Sequence record: PP456877.1
DNA: 64,000 nucleotides
Direction: 5' to 3' (one strand)
The position numbers and the translations under genes are program-made. Position 1 is the first letter of the stretch, and every line of letters begins with the position of its first letter. Below, piece by piece: positions 27,646 to 38,087 of the stretch. The notes under the pieces are model-generated. The model did no database searches and was not told where the DNA came from. It saw nothing but the letters and a program-made list of their open reading frames with translations.

Positions 27646-27685
27646 ACTTAGAGTTATATTTACATACCCCTTAAGGAAAAATGCA

Positions 27686-29797
27686 ATGATAGACTCATTT
27701 AGGAAGCTAATGGGCTCGCTATCAATTACTGAAACTGATCAAGAAATTATCATCAGTGGTTTTGATGGTGCTGCATTCATTAGAGATATTAACAAGTATT
27801 GGCGAACCACTAAATTAGCTACGCAGTTATTTAACACGGTTAGTCGTCGTAGTATTTCATTTTATAAATTCTTTGCTCCTGAAATATATTACATGCTAGA
27901 AGCAGTAAAGAATTATAGAAGTAGATACATCTCTATTAAAACTGTTAATGCCATCCGTGAAGCAATGCTTCAATATACCTGGTTAAAAAATACTCGTCCT
28001 GTAGATACCAACTCTGTACCAGGTAGACTCAATTTCAAGATGTTAGACAAATTGACATTTACACCAGATGGGTCTCAAAAAGCTTATTTTGAAAATTATA
28101 ATTATCGAATTGACCAGTATGGTTTACGTGGTGATATTGTTGCAGGTAAACCTGGTACTGGTAAGACATTCATGACGATGGCTATTGCTGAAATGGTTGA
28201 GTCGGATATCATTATAGTTGTTTGTGAAAAGAAGTCTATTGATCTAATATGGAAGCCATCTATTATTGAGATGTATAAGGAAAGACAAAAAGTATGGTCG
28301 ACCATTGATGATAAAGCCTACAACGGTCAAAGAATACTTATATCCCATTACCAGGCGCAAGATAAAATAATTGATCTATTAAGAAGCGGTATATTCAAAG
28401 GTAAGAACATTACGGTGATTCTGGATGAATCACACAATATGAACGATCCTAATTCTGCACAATCTCTTAAGTTCCAGCAAATATGTTTTATGTCTAACTC
28501 TAATAACAGATTATTAGCGTCAGGTACCCCTGTTAAAGCACTTGGTTCTGAATTAGTAAGTGCATTAAGAGTATTAGACGATCTCTTCACCAATGAGGTT
28601 GAAGAACGTTTTAAGAAAGCATTTGGAAAAGAGACACAGAAAGGATTAGATATTGTCCAACATCGCTTTGGGTTAATTGCGTACGTCATTGAAAAGAAAG
28701 ATACTGAGGTTTTACCACCGAGGATAAAAGCGTATCGTATCAAGATACCAAATGGATCACAGTATACTCTTAATGCCATTAAACGTGATTGTGAAGCTTT
28801 TATTAGAGAACGTGTAAAGTTCTATGCTGCGCGCCGACCAGAAGATGAGAAGTATTGGGCTAAACTAATGGCGATACACGAGAACTCTCTTAAGACCCAG
28901 GCGCAGAAAGATGGTTTCGCTCGCTATAAGAATTTGATTAAAATAATTCAGAAGAATCAAGACCCGCGATACATTGGTGAAGAAATTAAAGAATCTAACC
29001 AATATGAAAAAATGTTTATAGAGCCAACTTTACCTCGTAATGAAATAGCTGCTTTTAGAGATATTAAATCAGTTATAAAATACGTTATGCTAAAGATACA
29101 AGGTGAATGTTTGGGAAGGGTTTTAGGTGCTAAACGCATTCAGTGCCATGTGGACATGGTACCGTATATTGACTGGGTTGGTATCACTGAATCAACTATG
29201 AAGAAAACGATTGCATTTACATCGTTTGTTGAGGTTGTTGATACTGTTGATAAGTACACCAATAAATTAGGTATGCATCCGGCGGTGGTGTATGGTAAAA
29301 CCAATGACAATTTACCTCAAATAATCAGTAGATTTGAGAAAGACCCTAAATTAAATCCATTGGTAGCTACATATGCTTCCCTTTCAACAGCGGTCCGTAT
29401 GACGATGGCTGATACTATGGTGACAATTAATTCACCGTTTAGGCATTACATTCTAGAACAAGCTATTGCTCGAATTTACCGTAAAGGTCAGGATTCACAA
29501 ACAGTCGTATATCAATGTACTCTCGATACAGAAGATGAACCGAATATCTCAACAAGGTCAGATGACATTCTAAAATGGAGTCAGGCAATGGTTGAAGCTA
29601 TTATGGGTATTAAATCTCCATTTGAGATCACAGAGTCATTAGAAAGTTATGTTGATAAAAATAATAATTTTGATGAAAATAAAATCATTTATCAGATGCT
29701 AAAAGAATCATTTGAGAAGTATGATATCGCAATTGATTTTAATGACTTTGATACACGTATGTATAAACCATATCAGCCCGCATATATGCGGTTTTAA
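27686..29797 (+). CDS. SNF2/DEAD-like helicase (phiKZ gp203-like virion protein)
   Basis: GKPGTGKT, ILDESH, LASGTP, EQAIARIYRKGQ; 703 aa. Confidence 0.92.
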   Translation: MIDSFRKLMGSLSITETDQEIIISGFDGAAFIRDINKYWRTTKLATQLFNTVSRRSISFYKFFAPEIYYMLEAVKNYRSRYISIKTVNAIREAMLQYTWLKNTRPVDTNSVPGRLNFKMLDKLTFTPDGSQKAYFENYNYRIDQYGLRGDIVAGKPGTGKTFMTMAIAEMVESDIIIVVCEKKSIDLIWKPSIIEMYKERQKVWSTIDDKAYNGQRILISHYQAQDKIIDLLRSGIFKGKNITVILDESHNMNDPNSAQSLKFQQICFMSNSNNRLLASGTPVKALGSELVSALRVLDDLFTNEVEERFKKAFGKETQKGLDIVQHRFGLIAYVIEKKDTEVLPPRIKAYRIKIPNGSQYTLNAIKRDCEAFIRERVKFYAARRPEDEKYWAKLMAIHENSLKTQAQKDGFARYKNLIKIIQKNQDPRYIGEEIKESNQYEKMFIEPTLPRNEIAAFRDIKSVIKYVMLKIQGECLGRVLGAKRIQCHVDMVPYIDWVGITESTMKKTIAFTSFVEVVDTVDKYTNKLGMHPAVVYGKTNDNLPQIISRFEKDPKLNPLVATYASLSTAVRMTMADTMVTINSPFRHYILEQAIARIYRKGQDSQTVVYQCTLDTEDEPNISTRSDDILKWSQAMVEAIMGIKSPFEITESLESYVDKNNNFDENKIIYQMLKESFEKYDIAIDFNDFDTRMYKPYQPAYMRF

Positions 29798-29808
29798 AGG
29801 AGACAGAA

Positions 29809-30279
29809 ATGTCTGATCCACATTCATCTAATACTGGTGAAGATCTTATTCTTGGGCCTGAAGCCACCAGTGAAGAAATGTATAATGCGATTTTAAGGTG
29901 GGTTGACAAAGTAACAACCATCCTAGAATCTGGTGGTGGCCCTGGTCCAGGTCCTAGTACTGGTTTAAAACCAATTCTATTTCAAACTGGTACATTAAAC
30001 CCAGGAGATGTAGTTACTTATGATCTTTCCAAAGTTATTACTTCTATGGGTGATTATACTCTGGCTACATCCATCGTTGATCTCAAGATTATCGACCCTG
30101 AAACTACTAGTCCTACTAGTGGTAAGCTTATTAGCGCTTCTGCTAGTATTGGTTGGGATCTCGATTCATCTACAGGGATTTTAAATATCCGTGGGTATAG
30201 CCTGTCTGTACCAATCACTTATTATATTCGAGTTGACTCACCTATTAAGACGGCTGATATTCCCGTGTATACCCCGTAA
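29809..30279 (+). CDS. virion structural protein (gp202-like)
   Basis: 156 aa with GGGPGPGP linker; synteny. Confidence 0.7.
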   Translation: MSDPHSSNTGEDLILGPEATSEEMYNAILRWVDKVTTILESGGGPGPGPSTGLKPILFQTGTLNPGDVVTYDLSKVITSMGDYTLATSIVDLKIIDPETTSPTSGKLISASASIGWDLDSSTGILNIRGYSLSVPITYYIRVDSPIKTADIPVYTP

Positions 30280-30289
30280 GGAGTGAGAA

Positions 30290-32239
30290 ATGCCTTCTAT
30301 TGTCCCGTCGCAAGTGCCGGGTCCTGTGGCACTAAACTCTAAAGTTAAATTTAACTTTAGTTCAGATATTCAGAAGGTGTATTATACAGTGAGCCCGGAG
30401 TTACCTCCGGTGCTCTCTGAATACATTGCTTATGATGGTGACCCTGCAACAGGTGGTAGTCCATTTATTGCTGTTGTGCAAGATGGCACTGGTAATGTTC
30501 TTTATGATTGTAGTTTTCCAAAATTCTATAATTTAAACTATGATACTTACCAAATTCCGGCTAATACAACAAACCCTCAAGATCTATGGGGATGGGTAAG
30601 ATATTTTTATAATGCTATTGGGTTTATTAGGAATGGTAGTAAGTACGAATCAACTGGAAAGAAATTCTTAGTAATCACAGATAGTAATCCTAGTGAACCT
30701 TATTCAGTCCTCAATACGTCAGGTAATGGTTTTAAAAAGATACTAGATACGGCTGCTCGTGTACAAGATTCTACCTATGATGTTTATTACCCAGAAATGA
30801 TGGGTGGCACAGTAGACCTTACTTTAACAGATCTTAATAAGTATTATGCATGTATTCTATTCTCTACTAAAGATCATAATACTGGTGCATTAACTCCTGA
30901 AAGAGTGAGTCAGGCGACTATTGATAATCTAGCTACTTGGCGTAAATCGGGTAATGGTATCTTTGTTATAACTGATTCTGCTTCAAGAGATTACACTAAT
31001 ATTGAAGATGCTAAAGAAAATAATGGTAGTTTTGCATTTACCGCTAATAGACTAGCCTTTAATTTTGGTTCTTATTTCTCTGGTGTTGTTGATAGGTCAG
31101 ATGTTCAATATACTGTAAATCAGATGCTAAGCTGGTCACCAAAAGCCGCATCATCTGGTTTGTTTACAGGTATGAATAAATCTATTGGTAATGGTCAAGT
31201 AACTGACTTTGTTATCAAAGGTGATTCAAGTGAAAGTGAGATTAAGCTTGTTACTTTCCCAGCGTATAACAAAGAAGATATTCCTGAATTTACCTTCGAT
31301 CATACTGGCGAGTACATTTACAATTTTCTTTGTACGACATCTGAAAATCCTAATAAACCGTATGCTATTTCATTTAGATTCCAAGTTGGTGTAGATGATG
31401 GTATCTTTGTTGCACGTGATAATGGCCAAGCTATTGATACTACTCAGATACTAACAGCTAAGCGTTATTTTGATCTTAATCTAGGTTACTCAAATGGTAC
31501 TGACCATCAGGATTATCTAGGCGATATTCAAATAAATGGCTATTTAGTTGGATCATTCTTATTTAGTCAGGGCATTACTCAGTGGGATCTGATAACTCAT
31601 GGATCAACTCTTTTAATCCATGATAATGATCAGATACGTATTAACGTACGTGTACCTTATACTTACACAATGCAGCATCAAGTGGTACTTAGTTCAAAAC
31701 CTGCTTCTCTTTATAATGAAGCATCCCTTATAGGTACAATGGCATGGGATGATTATAAAGGGATAAGTAAAGCTAAAATTTATGAATATATTAATCTTAG
31801 CATGACCAAGTATATGTATCGTGTAGCGAATGCATATAAGAATAACATTAATATAAAACCAATAGTATTGACTGCATTACGCCGTACATTCCTTGGTGAG
31901 ACATTAAATACAGCTAATGTATATGTTTATGATAATAACTCCACATGGGGTAAACTATCACAACGTGTCCAGAACGGACGACATGGTGATATTGTTATCT
32001 TTGCAGATACTTCTAAAGTTGTCCAGTATGATGAACTGGCTTCAACACCTGGCTGGTATGTAATGAAAGATCCAGGATTAGCTGATGTAACAGTAGCTAA
32101 ACTAGTTCCATTCTTTGGAAATAACCGAGCTATTAAAAATAGGTTAAAGACTGGTGACATTCTTGATGAGACCACTGGTCAACCAATTTCTTTCCATGCT
32201 AATTGGAAAATAGAAAATGATAAACTTGTAAAAGTTTAA
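30290..32239 (+). CDS. virion structural protein (gp201-like)
   Basis: 649 aa, beta-rich composition; synteny. Confidence 0.7.
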   Translation: MPSIVPSQVPGPVALNSKVKFNFSSDIQKVYYTVSPELPPVLSEYIAYDGDPATGGSPFIAVVQDGTGNVLYDCSFPKFYNLNYDTYQIPANTTNPQDLWGWVRYFYNAIGFIRNGSKYESTGKKFLVITDSNPSEPYSVLNTSGNGFKKILDTAARVQDSTYDVYYPEMMGGTVDLTLTDLNKYYACILFSTKDHNTGALTPERVSQATIDNLATWRKSGNGIFVITDSASRDYTNIEDAKENNGSFAFTANRLAFNFGSYFSGVVDRSDVQYTVNQMLSWSPKAASSGLFTGMNKSIGNGQVTDFVIKGDSSESEIKLVTFPAYNKEDIPEFTFDHTGEYIYNFLCTTSENPNKPYAISFRFQVGVDDGIFVARDNGQAIDTTQILTAKRYFDLNLGYSNGTDHQDYLGDIQINGYLVGSFLFSQGITQWDLITHGSTLLIHDNDQIRINVRVPYTYTMQHQVVLSSKPASLYNEASLIGTMAWDDYKGISKAKIYEYINLSMTKYMYRVANAYKNNINIKPIVLTALRRTFLGETLNTANVYVYDNNSTWGKLSQRVQNGRHGDIVIFADTSKVVQYDELASTPGWYVMKDPGLADVTVAKLVPFFGNNRAIKNRLKTGDILDETTGQPISFHANWKIENDKLVKV

Positions 32240-32247
32240 CGGCATAA

Positions 32248-32268
32248 GCCCTCCCGCAATGGGAGGGC
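32248..32268. terminator. bidirectional terminator between convergent genes
   Basis: gccctccc-gcaat-gggagggc with TTATG on both strands. Confidence 0.85.
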
Positions 32269-32279
32269 ATTATGTTGTT

Positions 32280-32939
32280 TTAACCACGCGTTATATTAAA
32301 TAACCGTCTTTTCTGATCAAGTAATAAAATAGCGCTTGTGGTAATTTTAATGTTAAACCTACGTTTAGCTAAACTCTGAGCTACTAGTTCAATAGCATCA
32401 ACTAGATCGATTGATTCTATATCACCTGTATTTTTAGATTTACTAATTGGTTTACTAAGAATTTTCCATCCCTTAGTAAAATTACTAGCTGATGGCTTTT
32501 GACCTATCTTGCTACGAAAAAATAGTCCAACTAATTTACTAGCCAGTTCACGTGGATCATTAAAATCTGCTTCTGGTGAATGTAAGGTAATATTACTGTT
32601 TGCCAGGAATTCATGGTTCTCCGCACGATCCTCGATAGTTTTAGCACGTGGATCAAAATCCCAACAATTAACAGTTATATTTACGTCATTACCATTACGA
32701 CGTAGATCAATACATCTAACGAAATCAGTCATGTCAAACTTACGTTCAACATCACGCATGTCATTAGCAATCTTCTCTAATTCATCGTTATCAGTAATAC
32801 CAACTTGCTTAGTAATATCAAAAGTCAAATCGGCTAAAACGGATTGAGGAAAACTGGTTGCGATCAGCAAACGCAGTACGATTTCTGGACGACTTTTTCT
32901 ATATTTGTCGCCTGACATCTTCTCAAAGGTGTTAGTCAT
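32280..32939 (-). CDS. hypothetical protein
   Basis: 219 aa ORF. Confidence 0.8.
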   Translation of the reverse strand: MTNTFEKMSGDKYRKSRPEIVLRLLIATSFPQSVLADLTFDITKQVGITDNDELEKIANDMRDVERKFDMTDFVRCIDLRRNGNDVNITVNCWDFDPRAKTIEDRAENHEFLANSNITLHSPEADFNDPRELASKLVGLFFRSKIGQKPSASNFTKGWKILSKPISKSKNTGDIESIDLVDAIELVAQSLAKRRFNIKITTSAILLLDQKRRLFNITRG

Positions 32940-32958
32940 GATGGCTATCCCAAAAAGG

Positions 32959-33390
32959 TTAGTTCACACCATTTAAACGCTCCCAGTCATCTAGAGTTGC
33001 ACGAGCATCAAATAGTGCGTTGTGAAGCATTTTAGAACCTTTTCCACTTAGCTCATGATTTAATTCAAATATAGTTGGTAACTCAACAACTTGTTTACCT
33101 TTACCCATATCCATAGCTTTACCAGTGTAAACCATATCGTTAACATGATTAGCTATAAAATGTAATCGAGCAAACTGACCAAGAAACTTGGCTAGTCTAT
33201 CATGGAATTCTTCTAAAGAGATTGGTTCTTTTTGAAGAATAGGAATAACGTTTTCTTTAACCCATTCATCTTCAATATTGTCATATGGTAGAACTTCGTA
33301 GAATTCACAACGTCGATCTTCACTAACAATACCGAGTGAAATAAGAGTACCAGTAGGCGTATCAAATTCTGTATCAACAAAAAGTAACAT
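32959..33390 (-). CDS. DEDDh 3'-5' exonuclease (Rv2179c-like)
   Basis: FVDTEF, LISLGIVSED, WVKENVIP, HNALFDAR. Confidence 0.85.
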   Translation of the reverse strand: MLLFVDTEFDTPTGTLISLGIVSEDRRCEFYEVLPYDNIEDEWVKENVIPILQKEPISLEEFHDRLAKFLGQFARLHFIANHVNDMVYTGKAMDMGKGKQVVELPTIFELNHELSGKGSKMLHNALFDARATLDDWERLNGVN

Positions 33391-33445
33391 AGTAGTTTTC
33401 CTTATACGAAAGTCTTATCATAACAATAATGCACTTACGTCAAAA

Positions 33446-33470
33446 AGAGAGAACCATGGCGGTTCTCTCC
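33446..33470 (-). terminator. intrinsic terminator
   Basis: agagagaacc-atggc-ggttctctcc; T-run follows on -. Confidence 0.75.
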
Positions 33471-33480
33471 TATAAAAGTA

Positions 33481-33969
33481 TTAGACTTTTAGTCCACGAA
33501 TATTGAAGATTATTTGACAAGCTGCAATTATTCTATTTCTAGAAATCTTTACAGGAATTTTGTAGTGGTTGAGTACAGCTTTAGGATTCTCAACACTCAT
33601 CAATTCTTTAAGTAATTCGTCGCTAATTTTATTATGTGTCAGGACAAAGGTTGCGACATCGTGGTCCCAGCATCGTTTTATTGCACTACAAGCACGAATA
33701 TACTTCTCGGCTAATTCGGGGCTAAAATCTAATGCTTCTAGCCATCTTTTGCGACCAGCAGTGTAAATCACTCGTGTACGAGTATTCGATGGGACAGCTA
33801 CAATGTAGCCTGTACCTGGTGTCCTACGCTCTTCAATAGGTCTGATATTCCAATCACCAATCGTCCTAATTAGTGTAGATAAATCATCATTAGCACCATA
33901 GTAGCCAATAGGTAAACCTAAACTTACTTGTGTATCTATTTGGTCTACAGTTTGATGTGTAATAACCAT
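33481..33969 (-). CDS. hypothetical protein
   Basis: 162 aa ORF. Confidence 0.8.
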   Translation of the reverse strand: MVITHQTVDQIDTQVSLGLPIGYYGANDDLSTLIRTIGDWNIRPIEERRTPGTGYIVAVPSNTRTRVIYTAGRKRWLEALDFSPELAEKYIRACSAIKRCWDHDVATFVLTHNKISDELLKELMSVENPKAVLNHYKIPVKISRNRIIAACQIIFNIRGLKV

Positions 33970-34077
33970 TGTAGTTCTCTTCCCAATAGGGTTTTATAAA
34001 CTTCCACAAGACTAAACTCCATTATAGCCCTATCAGATTGGGTAATAAAACTTAACAAAAAAAATATTAAACATAAA

Positions 34078-34099
34078 ACCCTCTCCCGAAGGAGAGGGT
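34078..34099 (-). terminator. intrinsic terminator, cUUCGg loop
   Basis: accctctcc-cgaa-ggagagggt; TTTATG follows on -. Confidence 0.85.
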
Positions 34100-34110
34100 A
34101 ATATATAACT

Positions 34111-34473
34111 TTATCCATACATTACGAAAGGTACTTCGTAAACAATTAGATAAGTATACATCAGTTTAAAACCAATGTGTAACCACTGATCTTGATTAAA
34201 TGTAATTTTATTATCACATTTTAAATAATCAATAATGCAATGAGCAATTGCTTCAATAAGTCCTAAAACTAATGAACCAGTGATGAAATAAACTGCACCG
34301 CCATGCATAAAACTATGCGCGGGTAATACCCATTTCCAGTATAGCGAACCTAGTTCAGTAGTATGATTTTTAGCCTTTGCAATGAAATCATTTTGCAATG
34401 AAAAATCAAAGATGAAGTGTGCCACAATTAAACCAAAGAATAATGCCATTGAGCTGACACTGATTAATTCCAT
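34111..34473 (-). CDS. DUF3307-like His-rich membrane protein
   Basis: AHFIFDFSLQ, AHSFMH, AHCIIDYLK, DQWLH; several TM segments. Confidence 0.8.
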   Translation of the reverse strand: MELISVSSMALFFGLIVAHFIFDFSLQNDFIAKAKNHTTELGSLYWKWVLPAHSFMHGGAVYFITGSLVLGLIEAIAHCIIDYLKCDNKITFNQDQWLHIGFKLMYTYLIVYEVPFVMYG

Positions 34474-34484
34474 TTTATTTCCGC

Positions 34485-34847
34485 CTAGAAAGGTATTTCA
34501 TCTTCAACAATGTGTGAATAGTCGATATTATGTTTTTTACATAATTCTTTAAACTTATTTAATTTAGTTTCAGCTTCTAATAAATCAGAATGTAACTTTG
34601 TCTTATAGTTTTTACCGAAGTCGGCTGGGTTGAATACGGAATTGTAATAAGCATGTATCTCAGAATATTCTTTCTTTATAAGATCAATAAATTCTGGATC
34701 ATTGCCGTCACCAAGATAACTAATTAAATGTCCCAGATCATAATTCTGCCGCCTAGCTGCTTTTAATACAAGTTCATTAATTTCAATTAATTCAGACTTA
34801 TTACATCGCCTTCTTTTGAAATATCGGATAACTTTATTAAATAGCAT
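34485..34847 (-). CDS. hypothetical protein
   Basis: 120 aa, ends DEIPF. Confidence 0.75.
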   Translation of the reverse strand: MLFNKVIRYFKRRRCNKSELIEINELVLKAARRQNYDLGHLISYLGDGNDPEFIDLIKKEYSEIHAYYNSVFNPADFGKNYKTKLHSDLLEAETKLNKFKELCKKHNIDYSHIVEDEIPF

Positions 34848-34848
34848 A

Positions 34849-35223
34849 TTAATTAATCCCTAGCCATTGTAAATAACCGCTATCACTTAATCCACGATAA
34901 TAATCATCTTTATTTTTACGTAAATAACAATAAACTATTTTACCCATTAATTGATAGCTAGCTTCATTATCAAAGGTAAATTCTTTTTCTAATCTATTAT
35001 TACTATCCACTAATGAAATTACTACATTACCATAGCGTACTGTTAATTTAACTGTACGAGTAGAGTCGGTATCATGAAAGATATAAGTCAACCCATAATT
35101 CAACTCATTATTTAATACTTGAATACTAGTGGACCTATCAGATTTAATCTGAAGTGGATGTTCGACAATCGCCTTGAATGCTTTATTGCATAAGAGAATG
35201 TTTTGTATTTTTAATGAATCCAT
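34849..35223 (-). CDS. hypothetical protein
   Basis: 124 aa ORF. Confidence 0.8.
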   Translation of the reverse strand: MDSLKIQNILLCNKAFKAIVEHPLQIKSDRSTSIQVLNNELNYGLTYIFHDTDSTRTVKLTVRYGNVVISLVDSNNRLEKEFTFDNEASYQLMGKIVYCYLRKNKDDYYRGLSDSGYLQWLGIN

Positions 35224-35292
35224 GATGTTACCTGACTTTGTATTTATAATTCACCTATATCAAATTAGAATTAGGTAATAGTGGGTTGACTC

Positions 35293-35347
35293 AATAGTCT
35301 TCAATCTCAATCTAATCAGATTAGTGTTTAGACTGAGATTGAGTATT
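35293..35347 (-). other. long intergenic hairpin without U-tract
   Basis: 15-bp stem on - (one G-U): tcaatctcagtctaa / ttagattgagattga. Confidence 0.7.
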
Positions 35348-35378
35348 AAGCTGTAGTAACACTTTGATCAATGATGCG

Positions 35379-35735
35379 TTATTGATTCCCGGCAAGCCAG
35401 TTTACTGCACATGTTGCTGCTTCATCAAATTGATTCAATGAAAATTTGGTTATCCGAACAGCCTGTGCCATGTTAAGAACTTTAAATTCACTATCATCAG
35501 ACTCAATATGGGATATCATGGCAAGATGGTCATTACTGGTATCATAAACTGCAATGCGGATATCCTTACCCCTCTCAACCACATATGCGATAGATCGTTT
35601 TGTTACAGGGTTATCGATGACATTAACTGTTTCACGCAATGTAGCGTCAATCTGGGATGCATTAATATGGGTACTAATAGCACTCAGCAAATAATGCTCA
35701 ATCTGTCGCCCTGTTTCAAGAGTTAGAGAACCCAT
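35379..35735 (-). CDS. hypothetical protein
   Basis: 118 aa, GGAG SD. Confidence 0.8.
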   Translation of the reverse strand: MGSLTLETGRQIEHYLLSAISTHINASQIDATLRETVNVIDNPVTKRSIAYVVERGKDIRIAVYDTSNDHLAMISHIESDDSEFKVLNMAQAVRITKFSLNQFDEAATCAVNWLAGNQ

Positions 35736-35747
35736 TGTAATCTCCTT

Positions 35748-36110
35748 TTAGAATCCAATATAATCTAGGAACCCATGGTAATCGAATGTTCGTGTTGGGA
35801 TACTTGTATCCGAAAAGAACGTATTTATTTGTTTAGCTAATTCAGTATGGTAATGTGAATTGTCTTTGTTGATCTTAGTAACCACCTTAGCATCAAAGAA
35901 ATAGGTTACGCACATATTCAGTGGTTTATCTACATTGATTTCAACAACTACCTTACGAACCGTATCCTCAGACAAGAGTGTACACTTAGCGACCCACGGT
36001 GAAACCTCTATTTTAATATCTACATGAGGCTTGAGGTTATCATGATATTTCATGAGTTCCTTCAATACATCATCCATCGTTTGGATGAGCTTTATATTGG
36101 TAATATTCAT
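35748..36110 (-). CDS. hypothetical protein
   Basis: 120 aa ORF. Confidence 0.8.
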   Translation of the reverse strand: MNITNIKLIQTMDDVLKELMKYHDNLKPHVDIKIEVSPWVAKCTLLSEDTVRKVVVEINVDKPLNMCVTYFFDAKVVTKINKDNSHYHTELAKQINTFFSDTSIPTRTFDYHGFLDYIGF

Positions 36111-36847
36111 TACAACCCCTCGTAAATATCCTTTCGTTTTGGATTGATACCTGCAACCTTGCCTTTACTGTTATCGATGTAACAAAGGTATTCATCACAA
36201 GTGGCAGTCTTTACAAAAGGAATCAATTGGTTTAGTTCCAATAGAGTATACTCTTTACCCAAATATTTACACATCTGGGTCAATGGACTACACACCACAT
36301 TATAAAAGCCTCTAGTATTTTGTAGTGTAAGATATTCACCATCAATCACTCTATCATTATTTATCATGTAAATATCACGAATAGGGTAAGTGTCTTTTAA
36401 TGGACCATTGCCAAATTTAACACCATGTACCCCATTAGGTCCATTTAGTAAATAGTATCCAGTTGGCACTGACCAATAAGTAGTACCTTTAAATCCTGAA
36501 ATTAAACCATATGGTTCATGATAATCAGAAGTAAAGCATTGTTCACCATTACAGATGATTTCTTGATACATTGAATAATTAACAAGAATCTGTTTAGTGG
36601 GATTACTTGGTTTAACTAATGGAATAACTGAATATTCTGGATAACTAGTCCAGCCGCAGCTACCAAATCCAGATTGTTGGTCGAAGTTACATGGAGCAAT
36701 TCGCGGAGTATGATTAGAATAAAATAGTGGCACACCATAATAAGCTAGTGGTTCGTAATTAACACTAGCTTTAGCACACAGACCAATACTAATCAGAAAT
36801 ACCGCACAAAATACACGCATTGATAATTTAAACATCAGCGCATCCAC
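36110..36847 (-). CDS. exported Cys-rich protein
   Basis: signal-like RVFCAVFLISIGLCAKA; 8 Cys in the mature part. Confidence 0.75.
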   Translation of the reverse strand: MDALMFKLSMRVFCAVFLISIGLCAKASVNYEPLAYYGVPLFYSNHTPRIAPCNFDQQSGFGSCGWTSYPEYSVIPLVKPSNPTKQILVNYSMYQEIICNGEQCFTSDYHEPYGLISGFKGTTYWSVPTGYYLLNGPNGVHGVKFGNGPLKDTYPIRDIYMINNDRVIDGEYLTLQNTRGFYNVVCSPLTQMCKYLGKEYTLLELNQLIPFVKTATCDEYLCYIDNSKGKVAGINPKRKDIYEGL

Positions 36848-37619
36848 CCTCGGTTTCCTTAATTGCCAATTTTACTAATACATTAACCCATGCACCCTCA
36901 TCGAGTAGCCAACCAGCAGCGCCTGTACCATGCTCGGCAAATCCAAGACCATCTAGGTAATGTAGCATGAATGTAGTTGGACCAAATCCATATTTCTTAT
37001 TACATTCATTACGTTTAGAAGTATTCCGACCTTGGCGATATATATCCAATACATCATCAATATAACGCAACTCTGCTTCTGGATAACCACAGCCACACAG
37101 GTTAAATAATTTGCGTGTAATGGTGTTATATGTATCACTATATTCTTTTTCATTATAATCAATGAAAGAGCCTACCTGTTTGAATAGTTGCTTATCGGAT
37201 GCTAAATCATCAAAATGACCAGGGTAATCTTGAGATGGAAGTGCACCTAGCGCCATTAGTATAATAACGCGCGGATCTTTACGTTCAACTGATTCAATGA
37301 GTACTTCAAAGTTAAGTTCTCGTTGCACCACATTGTTATTGCTGTTGATATTATTCAGAAGAATATCCATAGCTTCTTGACCATGCCAACTACGGATGTT
37401 AGGTTGGTTATTAGTATAACCAGTAATGGTCAATTGGTTAGCTGTATTTGATTCACCAACAGTAACATGTAGGTAATAAGGACATTGTTCTAATTTCGTA
37501 GCAATACCAGTTGAAGATTTATTACCCTCAAGTAGTCCAATATCGCCATGACCGATATACAAACAGATACCTTCAGTAGAAGGTTGAGTGGTGTAGTTAA
37601 AGTTCAAGGATTTAAACAT
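36828..37619 (-). CDS. hypothetical protein with conserved phage C-terminal domain
   Basis: CGCGYPE...YLDGLGFAEHG...GWLLDEG. Confidence 0.8.
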   Translation of the reverse strand: MFKSLNFNYTTQPSTEGICLYIGHGDIGLLEGNKSSTGIATKLEQCPYYLHVTVGESNTANQLTITGYTNNQPNIRSWHGQEAMDILLNNINSNNNVVQRELNFEVLIESVERKDPRVIILMALGALPSQDYPGHFDDLASDKQLFKQVGSFIDYNEKEYSDTYNTITRKLFNLCGCGYPEAELRYIDDVLDIYRQGRNTSKRNECNKKYGFGPTTFMLHYLDGLGFAEHGTGAAGWLLDEGAWVNVLVKLAIKETEGGCADV

Positions 37620-37646
37620 ACTCTTTCCTCTATTATAAATGATTAG

Positions 37647-38087
37647 CTATTTACCGTTTATATAAAGATTAAATGGACATTGACACATGAATTCCGCATT
37701 TAGAATACTTTCGATATTGTAACTAATTGATTTATCAGTGATGATGTTGATATCTAAATGCCATGTCTTAGTATTTTGAGTAACTAACCTGTATTCAATG
37801 TCAATACTAAAACCTGGTGCATCGACTGAGTCATCATCTCCTTCATTCTGATGGATAAAGTATGAAGATAAAGTATACCTGGCTTTAATATATTCATCTG
37901 GTTTTATAACTTTTAAAGGGGCATTGATATGTGAAATAAAACCATGATAATTAAATTCTTTATCCCTAATATCGATAACTTTAGGAGTAACCGATACATA
38001 GGCTGGCCATTGTGGTAGATCTAGTTCACCATGTTTAGATTGGTCTTTATCGATAATGTGAAAAGCTCTAACAATTCTATTGAACAT
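37647..38087 (-). CDS. hypothetical protein
   Basis: 146 aa ORF. Confidence 0.8.
   Translation of the reverse strand: MFNRIVRAFHIIDKDQSKHGELDLPQWPAYVSVTPKVIDIRDKEFNYHGFISHINAPLKVIKPDEYIKARYTLSSYFIHQNEGDDDSVDAPGFSIDIEYRLVTQNTKTWHLDINIITDKSISYNIESILNAEFMCQCPFNLYINGK

Noticed and set aside
34098-34105. Exact TATATTAC on the minus strand
   Set aside because: It overlaps the 5' end of a terminator stem and lacks the upstream TTTAA element of the cassette promoters; probably chance
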